64,000 nucleotides of DNA from Thermodesulfobium acidiphilum (GCF_003057965.1 NZ_CP020921.1:980916-1044915), one strand, 5' to 3'; counted from the stretch's first letter, positions 40,677 to 51,181 are shown. Translations and numbers: made by a program. Notes: generated by a model from the sequence alone, not told the origin.

Positions 40677-41687
40677 TTAATCGAGCAAAGTCAATATCTC
40701 ATTTGGGCTGTATACGCCACTTTCAGTTATAATTGCCTTAATAAACTTTGCAGGAGTAATGTCAAAAGCATAGTTTAGAGTAATAGTATTCTCTTTGTTT
40801 GTAAGCGAATTCATACATCTTACAACTTCAGCTCCATCTCTTTCTTCTATAGGAATCTCTTCTCCCGTTGCTATAGAAAAGTCAATAGTACTCATGGGCG
40901 CCGCTACATAGAAAGGAACATTATAATAATTAGCTGCTAAAGCATGCATAAATGTGCCAATTTTATTAGCTGTGTCACCATTTGCAGCAATTCTATCTGC
41001 TCCAACTATAACAGCATCAACCATAAAATTTCTCATTAGCATTCCCGATGCTGAATCCACAATTAAAGTGTATGGAATAGCGTCTCTTTCTAGCTCAAAA
41101 ACTGTAAGTCTTGCTCCCTGTAAAAGAGGTCTAGTTTCAGAAACATACACCAAATTCAGTTTTCTCATTTGAAACATTTTCCTAATAACCCCAAGTGCAG
41201 TCCCAACACCTGGAGCTGCAAGAGAACCAGTATTACAGTGAGTTAAAACGTTCCCCTTCGGTAAAACTTTCGCTCCATTTATAGCAATTTTTTCATTTAT
41301 TTCTATTTCCTGAAGATATAAAGAATATATAAAATCAAATATTTCATTTAAATTGATACATTTACCAACAAAATCTACCACCTTATCTACACCCCAAGAA
41401 AGGTTTACTGCTGTAGGGCGACAATTTTTAATTCTATTAGCCTCCTTCTTGAGTAATGCATCATCGCTTAGAAGTTTATTATCGTTAAAGATAGATAAAT
41501 ATAGAGCAAAAGCTCCACAAATACCAATAGCAGGCGCACCTCTAACCCTAAGGTTTTGTATGGCCTCAATTATCATATCTGTATTAGATAATTCAAGCCA
41601 TACCTCCTCAAATGGCAGTTTTGTCTGATCGAGCAATAATAAAGAATCTCTTTTAAATTTCATTGATTCAAATATATGTCTGTGCAT
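40677..41687 (-). CDS. mtnA: S-methyl-5-thioribose-1-phosphate isomerase
   Basis: VRGAPAIG, RPTAVNL, THCNTGSLA and ETRPLLQGARLT motifs. Confidence 0.95.
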   Translation of the reverse strand: MHRHIFESMKFKRDSLLLLDQTKLPFEEVWLELSNTDMIIEAIQNLRVRGAPAIGICGAFALYLSIFNDNKLLSDDALLKKEANRIKNCRPTAVNLSWGVDKVVDFVGKCINLNEIFDFIYSLYLQEIEINEKIAINGAKVLPKGNVLTHCNTGSLAAPGVGTALGVIRKMFQMRKLNLVYVSETRPLLQGARLTVFELERDAIPYTLIVDSASGMLMRNFMVDAVIVGADRIAANGDTANKIGTFMHALAANYYNVPFYVAAPMSTIDFSIATGEEIPIEERDGAEVVRCMNSLTNKENTITLNYAFDITPAKFIKAIITESGVYSPNEILTLLD

Positions 41688-41713
41688 AAAAGTCTAAGCT
41701 CCTTAAATTAACA

Positions 41714-42289
41714 TTATTTCTCGAATAGTTTCAAATGCCAGGCCAACTTTGCACTTTCTTCTAAAAGCTCAGATAAATAATAACACTCTTTGAGAGTTTT
41801 ACCAACTACAATTGTCCCATGATTTTCAAGTATTCCAACTTTAACATCATTTGATAGATGTTCAACAACCTTTTTTCCTAATTCTGAACTTCCAGGTTGA
41901 GCAAATGGTATCAGTGGAATTTCTTTCAAATAAATCCTTGCTTCTTCAGTAAATACTGGAATAGTGATTCTTAAGAGTGCAAAAAGGGTAGCATAAAATG
42001 AATGAGTATGAAAAATTGCTTTAACAAAAGGCAATTTTCTATAAATTTCAAGATGCATTGGATATTCGGAAGATGGCTTATAATTATTTTTAAAGGTTCC
42101 ATCAATATCTATTATGCTAATTTTCCATGGCAAAACGTCAAAAAATGAAAATCCAGAGGGTTTTATGTATATTTTATTATTTTTAAAAAGACTTATATTA
42201 CCACCTTTAGCCCTGGCAAGCCCTCTTAAATAAGCAATTTGAGACCAAACAAATAAATCAAATCTTGGTTGCATCGACTTTACCAGCAA
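41714..42289 (-). CDS. Class II aldolase/adducin family protein
   Basis: GGNIS, PSSE, HTHS and NHG motifs. Confidence 0.88.
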   Translation of the reverse strand: MLVKSMQPRFDLFVWSQIAYLRGLARAKGGNISLFKNNKIYIKPSGFSFFDVLPWKISIIDIDGTFKNNYKPSSEYPMHLEIYRKLPFVKAIFHTHSFYATLFALLRITIPVFTEEARIYLKEIPLIPFAQPGSSELGKKVVEHLSNDVKVGILENHGTIVVGKTLKECYYLSELLEESAKLAWHLKLFEK

Positions 42290-43121
42290 GATTAACTATC
42301 AGATCTCTTAACTTATCACTATTATTCGAAACCACTTCTATAACCTCTTCTGCAGAGGTCTTTAATGGATGGTCTGGGCTTGCAATGTTCGATATTAAAG
42401 AAAAACAAAGAGTTTTTATTTTTAAAGCATTTAGAGCTATAACTTCCATAACTGTTGACATCCCAACAATATCAGCACCCATAGTTCTCATAGCTTTTAG
42501 TTCTGCAGGAGTCTCAAAACTAGGGCCTAAAACGCCTACATACACAACTTCTTTTGGCTCATATCCTAAAACGCTCACAGACTCAGATTTTGCCAGAATT
42601 CTCAATTTTTTGTTATAAGCATCACTCATATCTACAAATCTTTCACCAAAATATATATCTGCTAATCCAATCAAAGGATTATATCCTGTAAAATTAATAT
42701 GATCCTTTACAATTACTACCTCTCCAACTTTTAAACTGCTATTAATCCCACCAGAAGCATTAGTTAGATAAGCTATATTTGGCTTAAATCTAGAAAGAAC
42801 TACTATAGGAAATATTACTTCCCAAACGCCATAATTTTCATATAGATGAAACCTACCCTCCAAAATTATATAGGGTTTCGAATTTATGTGGACCAGACTT
42901 AATTGGGAACGATGAGATGGAGCAGATGCTTTTGGGAAAAATGGAATTTTATCATATTTGATTATTAAATCCTTTTTTAATTTATCAAACGCCTTTCCAA
43001 AACCGGAACCAAGCTCAATTATACCTTCTATCTTCTCTGGTAAAAAATCCCTCAAATACCTTGAAGCAGCCTCACAATTTGCCTTAAATTCAAATTCATT
43101 TAAAAAGGAATAGCTTTTCAT
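42258..43121 (-). CDS. Purine-nucleoside phosphorylase (trimeric PNP/MTAP family)
   Basis: LGSG, GRFHLYE, GPSFETPAE and GMST motifs. Confidence 0.9.
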   Translation of the reverse strand: MKSYSFLNEFEFKANCEAASRYLRDFLPEKIEGIIELGSGFGKAFDKLKKDLIIKYDKIPFFPKASAPSHRSQLSLVHINSKPYIILEGRFHLYENYGVWEVIFPIVVLSRFKPNIAYLTNASGGINSSLKVGEVVIVKDHINFTGYNPLIGLADIYFGERFVDMSDAYNKKLRILAKSESVSVLGYEPKEVVYVGVLGPSFETPAELKAMRTMGADIVGMSTVMEVIALNALKIKTLCFSLISNIASPDHPLKTSAEEVIEVVSNNSDKLRDLIVNLAGKVDATKI

Positions 43122-43387
43122 ATCTTCCTATTGCACCCATCCTTTATTTTTTTTAAAATATTTTCTGATTTTATTAGTAAAATTTTATTTTTGCTCTTTT
43201 TTCCGGAAAATATTTCAACATCTTTTCTTTTGCAATCAAAAAATTCTGAAATCAGTTCTATAACTCTTTTATTTGCTCTTCCGTCTTCTGGCGGAACACT
43301 TACCTTACAATAAATTATCCCATCCTTTATTTCAACAGCTTCCTTTTTTGCATTTGGAGTAACTCTAAGCTCAACTTTATAATCCAT
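43118..43387 (-). CDS. DUF167 (YggU) protein
   Basis: VTPNAK, PPEDGRAN and SGKKSKNK motifs. Confidence 0.85.
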   Translation of the reverse strand: MDYKVELRVTPNAKKEAVEIKDGIIYCKVSVPPEDGRANKRVIELISEFFDCKRKDVEIFSGKKSKNKILLIKSENILKKIKDGCNRKI

Positions 43388-43389
43388 AG

Positions 43390-43887
43390 TTATTGAGAAG
43401 TAGAACTTTCCCTTTCCATACTCTGAATTTCTCTATTTACAAGAGTTTGAAGTCTTGAGATGAACTCCTCAAGATTCTTCAGCTCCCTTCTCTTTTCTTG
43501 TCTAATTCTTTCTATATCTGCAAAAAGTTTTGTATGCTCTTCTTTCGTTCTCTGGATCATTGCTCTGCACTCTTCTTCTGATTTTATCCTCCTTAGTTCT
43601 ACTTCTTTCTCTACTTGAAGTTTTGCTTCTTCAACCTTTTTTTGAATTAGAGATAGAAAATCACTAGTAGAGGCTTCAAGTTCCGTTTTCTTTTGAGCTG
43701 TTTGTATTCGGGATCTTAAATAATCATTCTCCTTCTCTAACCTTTCAATTTCAGAAATCATCTGGGAAAAAACATCTGACAAATCATCTAAAAATTTTTC
43801 TACTTCTTCTTCTTTATAACCTCTTAATCCTTTACTAAATTCTTTGTTCTGGATATCTAAAGGAGTAATATTAGGTTTAAAAGTCAC
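43390..43887 (-). CDS. divIVA: DivIVA domain protein
   Basis: ITPLDIQNKEFSKGLRGYKEEEVEKFLD followed by coiled coil. Confidence 0.85.
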   Translation of the reverse strand: MTFKPNITPLDIQNKEFSKGLRGYKEEEVEKFLDDLSDVFSQMISEIERLEKENDYLRSRIQTAQKKTELEASTSDFLSLIQKKVEEAKLQVEKEVELRRIKSEEECRAMIQRTKEEHTKLFADIERIRQEKRRELKNLEEFISRLQTLVNREIQSMERESSTSQ

Positions 43888-44681
43888 TCCATTTCCCTCG
43901 CTCTCTGATATGCTTTTATAACAGCCTGAATTATACTACCCTTTACGCCACTGGACTCTAAATACAATAATCCCTGAGCTGTAGTACCATTTGGCGACAT
44001 AACAGCTTCTTTTAGATGAACTGGATGTTCATATATTTCTACTAAACCAACAAGCGATTGGAACAAGTGCTCAACAATCTTTTTTGAAATACTTCTTGAA
44101 AGCCCAATTGTAACTCCCGAATCAACCAAAGATTCCATTATAAGAGCCACATAAGCAGGGCCTGAACCTCCAAGAGCCGTGAAAGCTGCAAATTTGTCCT
44201 CCTCCAGCCTTACAACATTACCTAAAGCCGACAAAATAGACTCAACATCCATCCAATCTTGAGGTTGAATAAGACTTGAAGCACACATTGCCATCAAGCC
44301 ATTTTGATTAATTACACCTAGTGTTGGCATAACTCTAAATGCTCTTTCTATACCTCCTTTTTCATAAAGTTCGTTAAGAGTTATACCTGCCATAACGCTA
44401 ATAACTGTTTTATCTTTAAACAATGTCTTTCTTTTCATAGATTCTGCAAGCGATCTGAATTGATCAGGCTTTAAGGTTATAATTATAATGTCTGAAGATT
44501 GAACAAGCTCGTCGTTGGAAGAAAATACTCTAAGAGAATACTTTCTTCCAAGCTCCTCTCTTCTCTCAAGTCTTCTATGACTTGCAGCAACAAAAATTTT
44601 TCCTTCGTCGTGTAAAGGTTTAAGACCTTTTAAAAAGGCTTCTCCAACTTTTCCTACACCTAAAATGCCTATCTTTATCAT
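43884..44681 (-). CDS. proC: Pyrroline-5-carboxylate reductase
   Basis: GVGKVG, RVMP, GSGPAY and VMSPNGTT motifs. Confidence 0.93.
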   Translation of the reverse strand: MIKIGILGVGKVGEAFLKGLKPLHDEGKIFVAASHRRLERREELGRKYSLRVFSSNDELVQSSDIIIITLKPDQFRSLAESMKRKTLFKDKTVISVMAGITLNELYEKGGIERAFRVMPTLGVINQNGLMAMCASSLIQPQDWMDVESILSALGNVVRLEEDKFAAFTALGGSGPAYVALIMESLVDSGVTIGLSRSISKKIVEHLFQSLVGLVEIYEHPVHLKEAVMSPNGTTAQGLLYLESSGVKGSIIQAVIKAYQRAREME

Positions 44682-45370
44682 ATTTCTAACCCTTCAAAAA
44701 AGGCTCTACCAATTCTAACCATATTAGAACCTTCCATTATAGCTAGCTCAAAATCATCAGTCATACCCATCGATAAAACGTTAAGGTTATATCCTTCTCC
44801 ATTTAATCTTTCATATAGTATTCTAAGAGTATAAAACTCTTTTCTTATCTTCTCTGTATCATTAGTTAAGGAAGCCATGCCCATTAGACCTTCAATGTTT
44901 ACAAACTTTAAAGACGAAGTAACTCTAAAAAGGTTCATAATTTCTCCAGGCAAAAAACCGTACTTTTGACTCTCACCACTAATATTTACTTCTATAAGAA
45001 CTGGCATCGCAATCTTTTTTTTGCTAGCTCTTTCATTAATTTCAGTCAATAACTTTAAAGAATCCACTGATTGAATTCTGGTAAATATATCAATAGCATC
45101 CCTTACTTTATTGGTCTGAAGATGACCAATCATTTCAAATTTAACGTTGTTCAGCTCTTTAATTTTTTCCTTTGCCTCTCTAACCCTATTTTCTCCAAAG
45201 ACGTTAAAACCCATCTCAGTCAGCGCTCTTATTACTTCAGTAGATTTTGTTTTTGTAACTGGCAAAATAAAAACTTCATCCTTTCTTTTAGCTGCTTCTT
45301 TGGCCTTTTGGACACGATCTTTTACTCTTAGAACGTTTTCTTGTAATTTTTTCTTCCAGTCCAGTGACAA
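44678..45370 (-). CDS. yggS: YggS/PLP homeostasis protein (TTG start at 45370 after AGGAGG)
   Basis: VTKT, FGENRVRE, IGHLQTNK, LSMGMTDD and VRIGR motifs. Confidence 0.9.
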   Translation of the reverse strand: MSLDWKKKLQENVLRVKDRVQKAKEAAKRKDEVFILPVTKTKSTEVIRALTEMGFNVFGENRVREAKEKIKELNNVKFEMIGHLQTNKVRDAIDIFTRIQSVDSLKLLTEINERASKKKIAMPVLIEVNISGESQKYGFLPGEIMNLFRVTSSLKFVNIEGLMGMASLTNDTEKIRKEFYTLRILYERLNGEGYNLNVLSMGMTDDFELAIMEGSNMVRIGRAFFEGLEI

Positions 45371-47354
45371 AATCGACCTCCTTGTCTTCAAAAATATTTT
45401 TTAATAATTTTAATAGATCTCTGTACTTTGCAGCTTCCTCGAATTTCCATTCTTTAGCATATTCTATCATTTTTGTTCTAATTTCTTTCTCAGTTAATTC
45501 TAAATTGTTCTTATTAGAACTAATTATATATCTAAGTTCCTCTTCAATCGAGTTCTCTTTTGAATCTCTATCAACAATATCTAATATTGGCTTGGATATT
45601 GAAGTAGGAGTTATGTTATTTTTTAAATTATACTCCATTTGAATCCTTCTTCTTCTATTGGTTTCATCTATAGCTTCTTTCATGGATTCAGTAATTTTTG
45701 ATGCATATAATATTACCTTTGATTCGACATTTCTAGCTGCTCTTCCAATAGTCTGAATTAAAGACGTAGATGATCTCAAAAATCCCTCCTTATCAGCATC
45801 AAGGATAAGAACTCTGGTAACCTCAGGCAAATCTAATCCTTCTCTTAATAAATTAATTCCTACCACCACATCGTATTTTCCAAGCCTCAAATTATGAAGA
45901 ACGTCAAGCCTTTCAATGGCATCCTGTTCAGAATGTAAATAATATGCCTTTATACCTTCCTTGACTAAGTAGTTTGCAAGATCTTCTGCTAGTCTTTTTG
46001 TAAGAGTGGTTATAAGAGTTCTAAATCCTTTTTTGGCATTTTCTCTTGTTTCATTTATAGAATCACTAACTTGATTCTCAAAATCTCTCACTTCTACTAT
46101 AGGATCCAATATACCCGTTGGTCTTATTATCTGTTCCACAATTTGAGAACTATTTTCCTTTTCAAATGAGGCAGGCGTAGCAGACATAAAAATTATTTGA
46201 TTAGCTTTCTCGATAAATTCTTCAAATCTAAGAGGTCTGTTATCGTAAGCAGACGGTAATCTAAAGCCAAAATCAATTAGGTTTTTCTTTCTTGCCTCAT
46301 CCCCTCTAAACATTCCTCTTATTTGTGGAACTGATAAATGAGATTCATCTAAAATAATGAGAAAATCTTTAGGAAAATAATCAAGAAGAGTAATAGGAGG
46401 TTCTCCGGGCTTTCTAAAAGTAAAGTGTCTTGAATAATTCTCTACTCCTTTACAATATCCAATAGTTTGAAGCATTTCTATGTCATACAGAGTTCTTTGT
46501 TCAATTCTCCTAGCTTCCACAACTTTACCCAGACTTTCAAAGTACTTAATCCTTTCCTCAAGCTCTATTTTAATCGAATCTATCGCTCTTTTTAGTTTCT
46601 CATCTCTCAAAATAAAATGAGATGCTGGAAAAATCCACAGGCTCTCAACCTTTTCAACAGGTTCAAGACTTACAGGATGGAGTTTTGTGATGCTTTTTAC
46701 AGAATTTTCATTAAATCTAACTCTATACGCATACTCATCAAAAGAAGGTATAAAATCAACTACATTTATATTCACCCTAAAATTATTTCTCTTAAATTCA
46801 TAATCATTTCTTTCGTAAAGCATATAAATTAATTGATCAATAAAAACATCTCTACTTAATTTATCACCTTCTCTTATAACAAACGAATTAGTCTTATATT
46901 CTTCTGGCTGACCAAGGCTGTAAATACAAGATACGCTTGCTACAACTATTACATCGTCTCTTTCAAGAAGTGAGCGAGTAGCAGAGTGTCTGTATCTATC
47001 TATTTCATCATTTACCGATGCATCTTTTTCTATATATAGATCCCTTTGAGGTATGTAAGCTTCTGGCTGATAGTAGTCGTAATAACTAATAAAATATTCA
47101 ACTGCATTTTTAGGGAAAAAGGTTCTCAATTCAGAACACAGTTGCGCTGCAAGAGTCTTGTTTGGAGCCATAATTAATGTAGGTTTTTTCACTTTATTTA
47201 TCACATTTGCAATGGTAAAGGTTTTTCCAGTTCCAGTCGCACCCAATAAAGTCTGATACTTATAACCCTTTTTTATTCCTTCTACCAATTGATCTATCGC
47301 ACGTTCCTGATCTCCTGCAGGTTTAAATGGTTCAAATAGTTTAAAATCCTTCAT
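45288..47354 (-). CDS. uvrB: Excinuclease ABC subunit B
   Basis: GATGTGKT, YYDYYQPEAY, DESH and C-terminal UVR motif. Confidence 0.97.
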   Translation of the reverse strand: MKDFKLFEPFKPAGDQERAIDQLVEGIKKGYKYQTLLGATGTGKTFTIANVINKVKKPTLIMAPNKTLAAQLCSELRTFFPKNAVEYFISYYDYYQPEAYIPQRDLYIEKDASVNDEIDRYRHSATRSLLERDDVIVVASVSCIYSLGQPEEYKTNSFVIREGDKLSRDVFIDQLIYMLYERNDYEFKRNNFRVNINVVDFIPSFDEYAYRVRFNENSVKSITKLHPVSLEPVEKVESLWIFPASHFILRDEKLKRAIDSIKIELEERIKYFESLGKVVEARRIEQRTLYDIEMLQTIGYCKGVENYSRHFTFRKPGEPPITLLDYFPKDFLIILDESHLSVPQIRGMFRGDEARKKNLIDFGFRLPSAYDNRPLRFEEFIEKANQIIFMSATPASFEKENSSQIVEQIIRPTGILDPIVEVRDFENQVSDSINETRENAKKGFRTLITTLTKRLAEDLANYLVKEGIKAYYLHSEQDAIERLDVLHNLRLGKYDVVVGINLLREGLDLPEVTRVLILDADKEGFLRSSTSLIQTIGRAARNVESKVILYASKITESMKEAIDETNRRRRIQMEYNLKNNITPTSISKPILDIVDRDSKENSIEEELRYIISSNKNNLELTEKEIRTKMIEYAKEWKFEEAAKYRDLLKLLKNIFEDKEVDFVTGLEEKITRKRSKSKRSCPKGQRSS

Positions 47355-47359
47355 TTCTA

Positions 47360-48181
47360 TTATTTCTCTTTTGGGTTCATATAAAGTCTTAGGGCTTCGC
47401 CCAAAAAGTTAAAACCAAGAATAGTCAGAGTAATACATAGGCCAGGAAAAATTAAAAGATAGGGATATTCGAGAAAATAATCCTGTGCCTCACCAAGCAT
47501 ATTACCCCAACTTGCATAAGGTGGCTGCACTCCTAAACCTAAAAAAGAAAGTGCAGACTCAGTCATAATCGCACTGGACATTCCTAAAACAGAAGCAACT
47601 AAAACAATATTAAGTACATTTGGCAAAATGTGCTTCCTCAAGATCCAAAAATTACTTGCACCAAACATTTTACTTGCTAAAACATAGTTGGAAGTCTTTA
47701 TTGATAAAGTTTGTGTTCTAACCAGTCTTGCTATTCCCATCCAACTGGTAAAACCTATAATAGCCATTGTATAAATAATTTCTGGCCTTTTTAAAACTGA
47801 TTGAACCGCCAACAAAAGAAAGATTAAAGGAAAAGAAAGCATTGCGTCAACAAACCTCATAAACAAAAAGTCAAAAGCCTTCCCAAGTAAAGCAGACATA
47901 CTACCTAAAAATGTACCCAAAAACACAGAAATACTCACAGCAACTAGAGCAACGCCTAAAGAAACCCGTCCTCCATATAGCAGTCTGGAAAAAATGTCTC
48001 TACCATAAATATCTGTACCTAAAAAATGTAAAAAGGATGGCGGTTGTGGAGTGCCTAGCGTAGAAAAATCAAAAGCCTGGGGTGAATAAGAAGTTAAAAG
48101 GGGTGCAAACACTACACCCCCTATAATTGGTACCAAAATTACAAAACCTAAAATAAAGTAAAATCTCGATAGACTTTTCAA
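47360..48181 (-). CDS. Peptide/nickel ABC transporter permease (DppC/OppC type)
   Basis: HFLGTDIYGRD, HILPN and LSFLGLGVQPP...SWG motifs. Confidence 0.9.
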   Translation of the reverse strand: MKSLSRFYFILGFVILVPIIGGVVFAPLLTSYSPQAFDFSTLGTPQPPSFLHFLGTDIYGRDIFSRLLYGGRVSLGVALVAVSISVFLGTFLGSMSALLGKAFDFLFMRFVDAMLSFPLIFLLLAVQSVLKRPEIIYTMAIIGFTSWMGIARLVRTQTLSIKTSNYVLASKMFGASNFWILRKHILPNVLNIVLVASVLGMSSAIMTESALSFLGLGVQPPYASWGNMLGEAQDYFLEYPYLLIFPGLCITLTILGFNFLGEALRLYMNPKEK

Positions 48182-48194
48182 ATATCCTTAAAAT

Positions 48195-49412
48195 TTATTC
48201 GAGTGTCTTAGTGACAACGCCAGCACCTACAGTTCTGCCGCCTTCACGTATTGCAAAGCGAAGTCCTTCTTCAATTGCTACTGGAGATATAAGCTCTACC
48301 AACATGTTTATGTTATCTCCAGGCATTACCATTTCTACGCCTTCTGGAAGCTTTATTGTTCCTGTTACGTCTGTAGTTCTGAAGTAGAACTGTGGACGAT
48401 ATCCGTTGAAGAATGGGGTGTGACGTCCACCTTCTTCCTTTTTAAGGACATAGACCTCTGCGTTAAACTTTGTATAGGGCTTGATTGAACCTGGCTTTGC
48501 AAGGACCTGTCCTCTTTCTACTTCGTCCTTGTCAATACCTCTTAGAAGACATCCTACGTTATCTCCTGCTATGCCTTCGTCTAATATCTTTCTAAACATC
48601 TCTACAGATGTGCAGACTGTTTTCTTTGGCTGCATGGAAAATCCTACTATTTCTACTTCGTCTCCTGGCTTTATGCGACCTCTTTCAATACGGCCTGTTA
48701 CTACTGTTCCTCTACCTGTGATTGTAAAGACGTCTTCAATTGCCATGATGAATGGCTTATCTATGTCTCTTTGTGGATCTGGGATATAAGAGTCTAGGGC
48801 ATCTGCAAGCTCCCATATCTTGTCTACCCATTCGTTTTGTCCTCTTTGAATAGAGCTGTTTGCTTGAAGGGCTTCAATAGCCTTTAGAGCAGAACCTCTT
48901 ATTATGGGTATTTCGTCTCCAGGAAATTCATAAGAAGAGAGAAGATCTCTTGTTTCCATCTCTACCAGATCAAGGAGTTCAGGGTCATCTACCATATCAA
49001 TCTTGTTCATAAAGACTATGATAGAGGGCACTCCTACCTGTCTTGCAAGAAGGATGTGTTCTCTTGTTTGAGGCATTGGTCCATCGTTCGCCGCTACTAC
49101 AAGAACTGCTCCGTCCATCTGGGCTGCACCAGTAATCATGTTTTTGATATAGTCTACGTGTCCTGGACAGTCTACGTGTGCATAGTGTCTCTTTTCTGTT
49201 TCATACTCAACGTGAGCAATGTTAATCGTAATGCCTCTTGCTTTCTCCTCAGGAGCAGAGTCAATATCCTCATATCTCTTTGCCTGAGCCTTGCCTGCAG
49301 CAGCAAGAGTCATTGTAAGAGCTGCAGTCAAAGTAGTTTTTCCATGATCAATATGACCAATGGTACCAACATTAAGGTGTGTCTTTGTTCGGTCAAATTT
49401 CGCTTTTGCCAT
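48195..49412 (-). CDS. tuf: Elongation factor Tu
   Basis: [24 protein letters not shown] and NKID; ATG at 49412. Confidence 0.98.
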   Translation of the reverse strand: MAKAKFDRTKTHLNVGTIGHIDHGKTTLTAALTMTLAAAGKAQAKRYEDIDSAPEEKARGITINIAHVEYETEKRHYAHVDCPGHVDYIKNMITGAAQMDGAVLVVAANDGPMPQTREHILLARQVGVPSIIVFMNKIDMVDDPELLDLVEMETRDLLSSYEFPGDEIPIIRGSALKAIEALQANSSIQRGQNEWVDKIWELADALDSYIPDPQRDIDKPFIMAIEDVFTITGRGTVVTGRIERGRIKPGDEVEIVGFSMQPKKTVCTSVEMFRKILDEGIAGDNVGCLLRGIDKDEVERGQVLAKPGSIKPYTKFNAEVYVLKKEEGGRHTPFFNGYRPQFYFRTTDVTGTIKLPEGVEMVMPGDNINMLVELISPVAIEEGLRFAIREGGRTVGAGVVTKTLE

Positions 49413-49460
49413 TGAACATCCCCCGTTCAAAATGGTATTATTTTTAAATTCTTAAATTAC

Positions 49461-49536
49461 TGGAGCCCACGACCGGAATAGAACCGGTGACCTCTTCCTT
49501 ACCAAGGAAGTGCTCTGCCGACTGAGCTACGTGGGC
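49461..49536 (-). tRNA. tRNA-Thr(GGT)
   Basis: Cloverleaf GCCCACG...CGTGGGC-T-CCA; anticodon arm CTTCC-TTGGTAA-GGAAG. Confidence 0.93.
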
Positions 49537-49539
49537 TCA

Positions 49540-49624
49540 TGGTGGGGAGGAAAGGATTCGAACCTTTGAAGGCGGTGCCAGCGGATTTACAGTCCGCCCC
49601 CGTTGGCCACTTGGGTACCTCCCC
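49540..49624 (-). tRNA. tRNA-Tyr(GTA)
   Basis: GGGGAGG...CCTCCCC-A-CCA; loop CTGTAAA; long variable arm. Confidence 0.93.
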
Positions 49625-49637
49625 AACTGCGATTAAA

Positions 49638-49666
49638 ATTTTACCAATTATTTAAAAATTTGTAAA
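49638..49666 (-). promoter_or_regulatory. Sigma70 promoter for tRNA-Tyr, tRNA-Thr and tuf
   Basis: TTTACA, 17 nt, TG-extended TAAAAT. Confidence 0.65.
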
Positions 49667-49838
49667 CAGTTGATTTTTTTATTGTGTTAAGGGACAACGC
49701 CTGATTTCATCCCTTAAGAAACGCTAATTTTGCCACTATGATGTTTTGAAAATTTAAAGGCTTTAAAACTTGGTTACTAAATGAGTATTAGAAAAAGTTT
49801 ACTCAATAGAAAGGGGAATTATTTGAAAAAGCTCACCA

Positions 49839-50234
49839 TTAGAAAATTTTTGGTATAAATCTCCATCGCACTCGCTTCATGTATTCCCCATAATCTTTTT
49901 TAAATCTTTTAGTTAAATATTCTTCTTCTTTTAAAGCAGTAAGAATGTATAAAGTTGATAATATTATTGCAATAATAATTGGTATCATATTGTTAAACAA
50001 AAACGCTACACCAAAATATGCTAAGATTAATCCTAAATACCCTGGATGTCTTATTTTTGAATATATGCCTCCTGTTACTACTTTTTCTATATGTTCTGCT
50101 TTCGTGTGAGCCTGTTTATGTTCTTTATGTGACAACCAATGGATAATCATGCCACAAATAAAAAGTGTAATACCAAAAGTTATGAAAAATATCTTAAAGG
50201 GTAGAAACAATATATGAAAATAGAAGTCTGCCAA
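49839..50234 (-). CDS. Isoprenylcysteine carboxyl methyltransferase / PEMT-family membrane protein
   Basis: GIYSKIRHPGYLG, EEEYL...F...Y..Y and RFIP motifs. Confidence 0.8.
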   Translation of the reverse strand: MADFYFHILFLPFKIFFITFGITLFICGMIIHWLSHKEHKQAHTKAEHIEKVVTGGIYSKIRHPGYLGLILAYFGVAFLFNNMIPIIIAIILSTLYILTALKEEEYLTKRFKKDYGEYMKRVRWRFIPKIF

Positions 50235-50290
50235 ACACCCTCCTAATATTAGGATACACCATTCAAATATACCTCTACCAAATGGGTTTA

Positions 50291-50959
50291 TTAAAAGGTA
50301 TCAGATATATTACGACAACTAGAGTAAATTATTTTCCCGTCTTTAAACACAATAAGTTCACCAAATTCGAAATCTTTCCATTGTTCATCTGTTAATTTTC
50401 TTGTTGCAACAATATAGCCTGTTTCTTCTGGTCTCTTTTCTTCAGCAAGATTTATTTCCCAATCTTCATCCATCAACCGACATGTATCATATAGAGATTT
50501 CCGTTGAACAAAACGAGGTCCCTTATAGCCATTTTTATCATAAAAACAAAACATAAACTCACCATCTGAAAATATACAATTAAAATTTCCGTATTTGTTT
50601 ATCTCTATTAATTTTTCTGCAAGCCAATCAAAACTTTTTTCCATCCAAATATTTATACCTTCTTTTCCAATAGAACTAAGCAAATAGCAGAAGGCATATT
50701 CAGAGTCTGTTTCTCCGATAGGTTTGAATTTTTTAAGCTTTAAAGACTCATAATCATTAAGCGTGCCGTTATGCACAAAAATATACTCCTTCCCCTCCAA
50801 TCCCCTATAAAATGGATATTTATTCATGTAATTTCTGGAACAAACACTTATAATCTTAGATAACCTAAAAATATTTTTGATTTCACTTCTGGATAGTTTT
50901 GCAAAAATTCTGAAAGAAGACTCCTCTTAGCCTCTATTGGCTCCTTATAGTTCACACAC
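50291..50959 (-). pseudogene. Class II glutamine amidotransferase (YafJ/EgtC family), disrupted
   Basis: GTG TGT GAA CTA (MCEL) at 50959 followed by TAA; out-of-frame KEPIEAK...KIFLGYLR segment; then ORF 50291..50827 with FVHNGTL and GETDSE. Confidence 0.8.
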
Positions 50960-51019
50960 TTTTATCACCTTTTAAAATGCTATTAACAGCATACCATTGG
51001 ATGTACGTTTACGAAGGAC

Positions 51020-51094
51020 TGGCTCCCCGGGTAGGATTCGAACCTACAACCTACCGGTTAACAGCCGGTTGCTCTACCTTTGAGCTACCGAGGA
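51020..51094 (-). tRNA. tRNA-Asn(GTT)
   Basis: TCCTCGG...CCGGGGA-G-CCA; anticodon arm CCGG-CTGTTAA-CCGG. Confidence 0.93.
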
Positions 51095-51105
51095 ACTCCT
51101 ACTAC

Positions 51106-51181
<76 letters not shown>

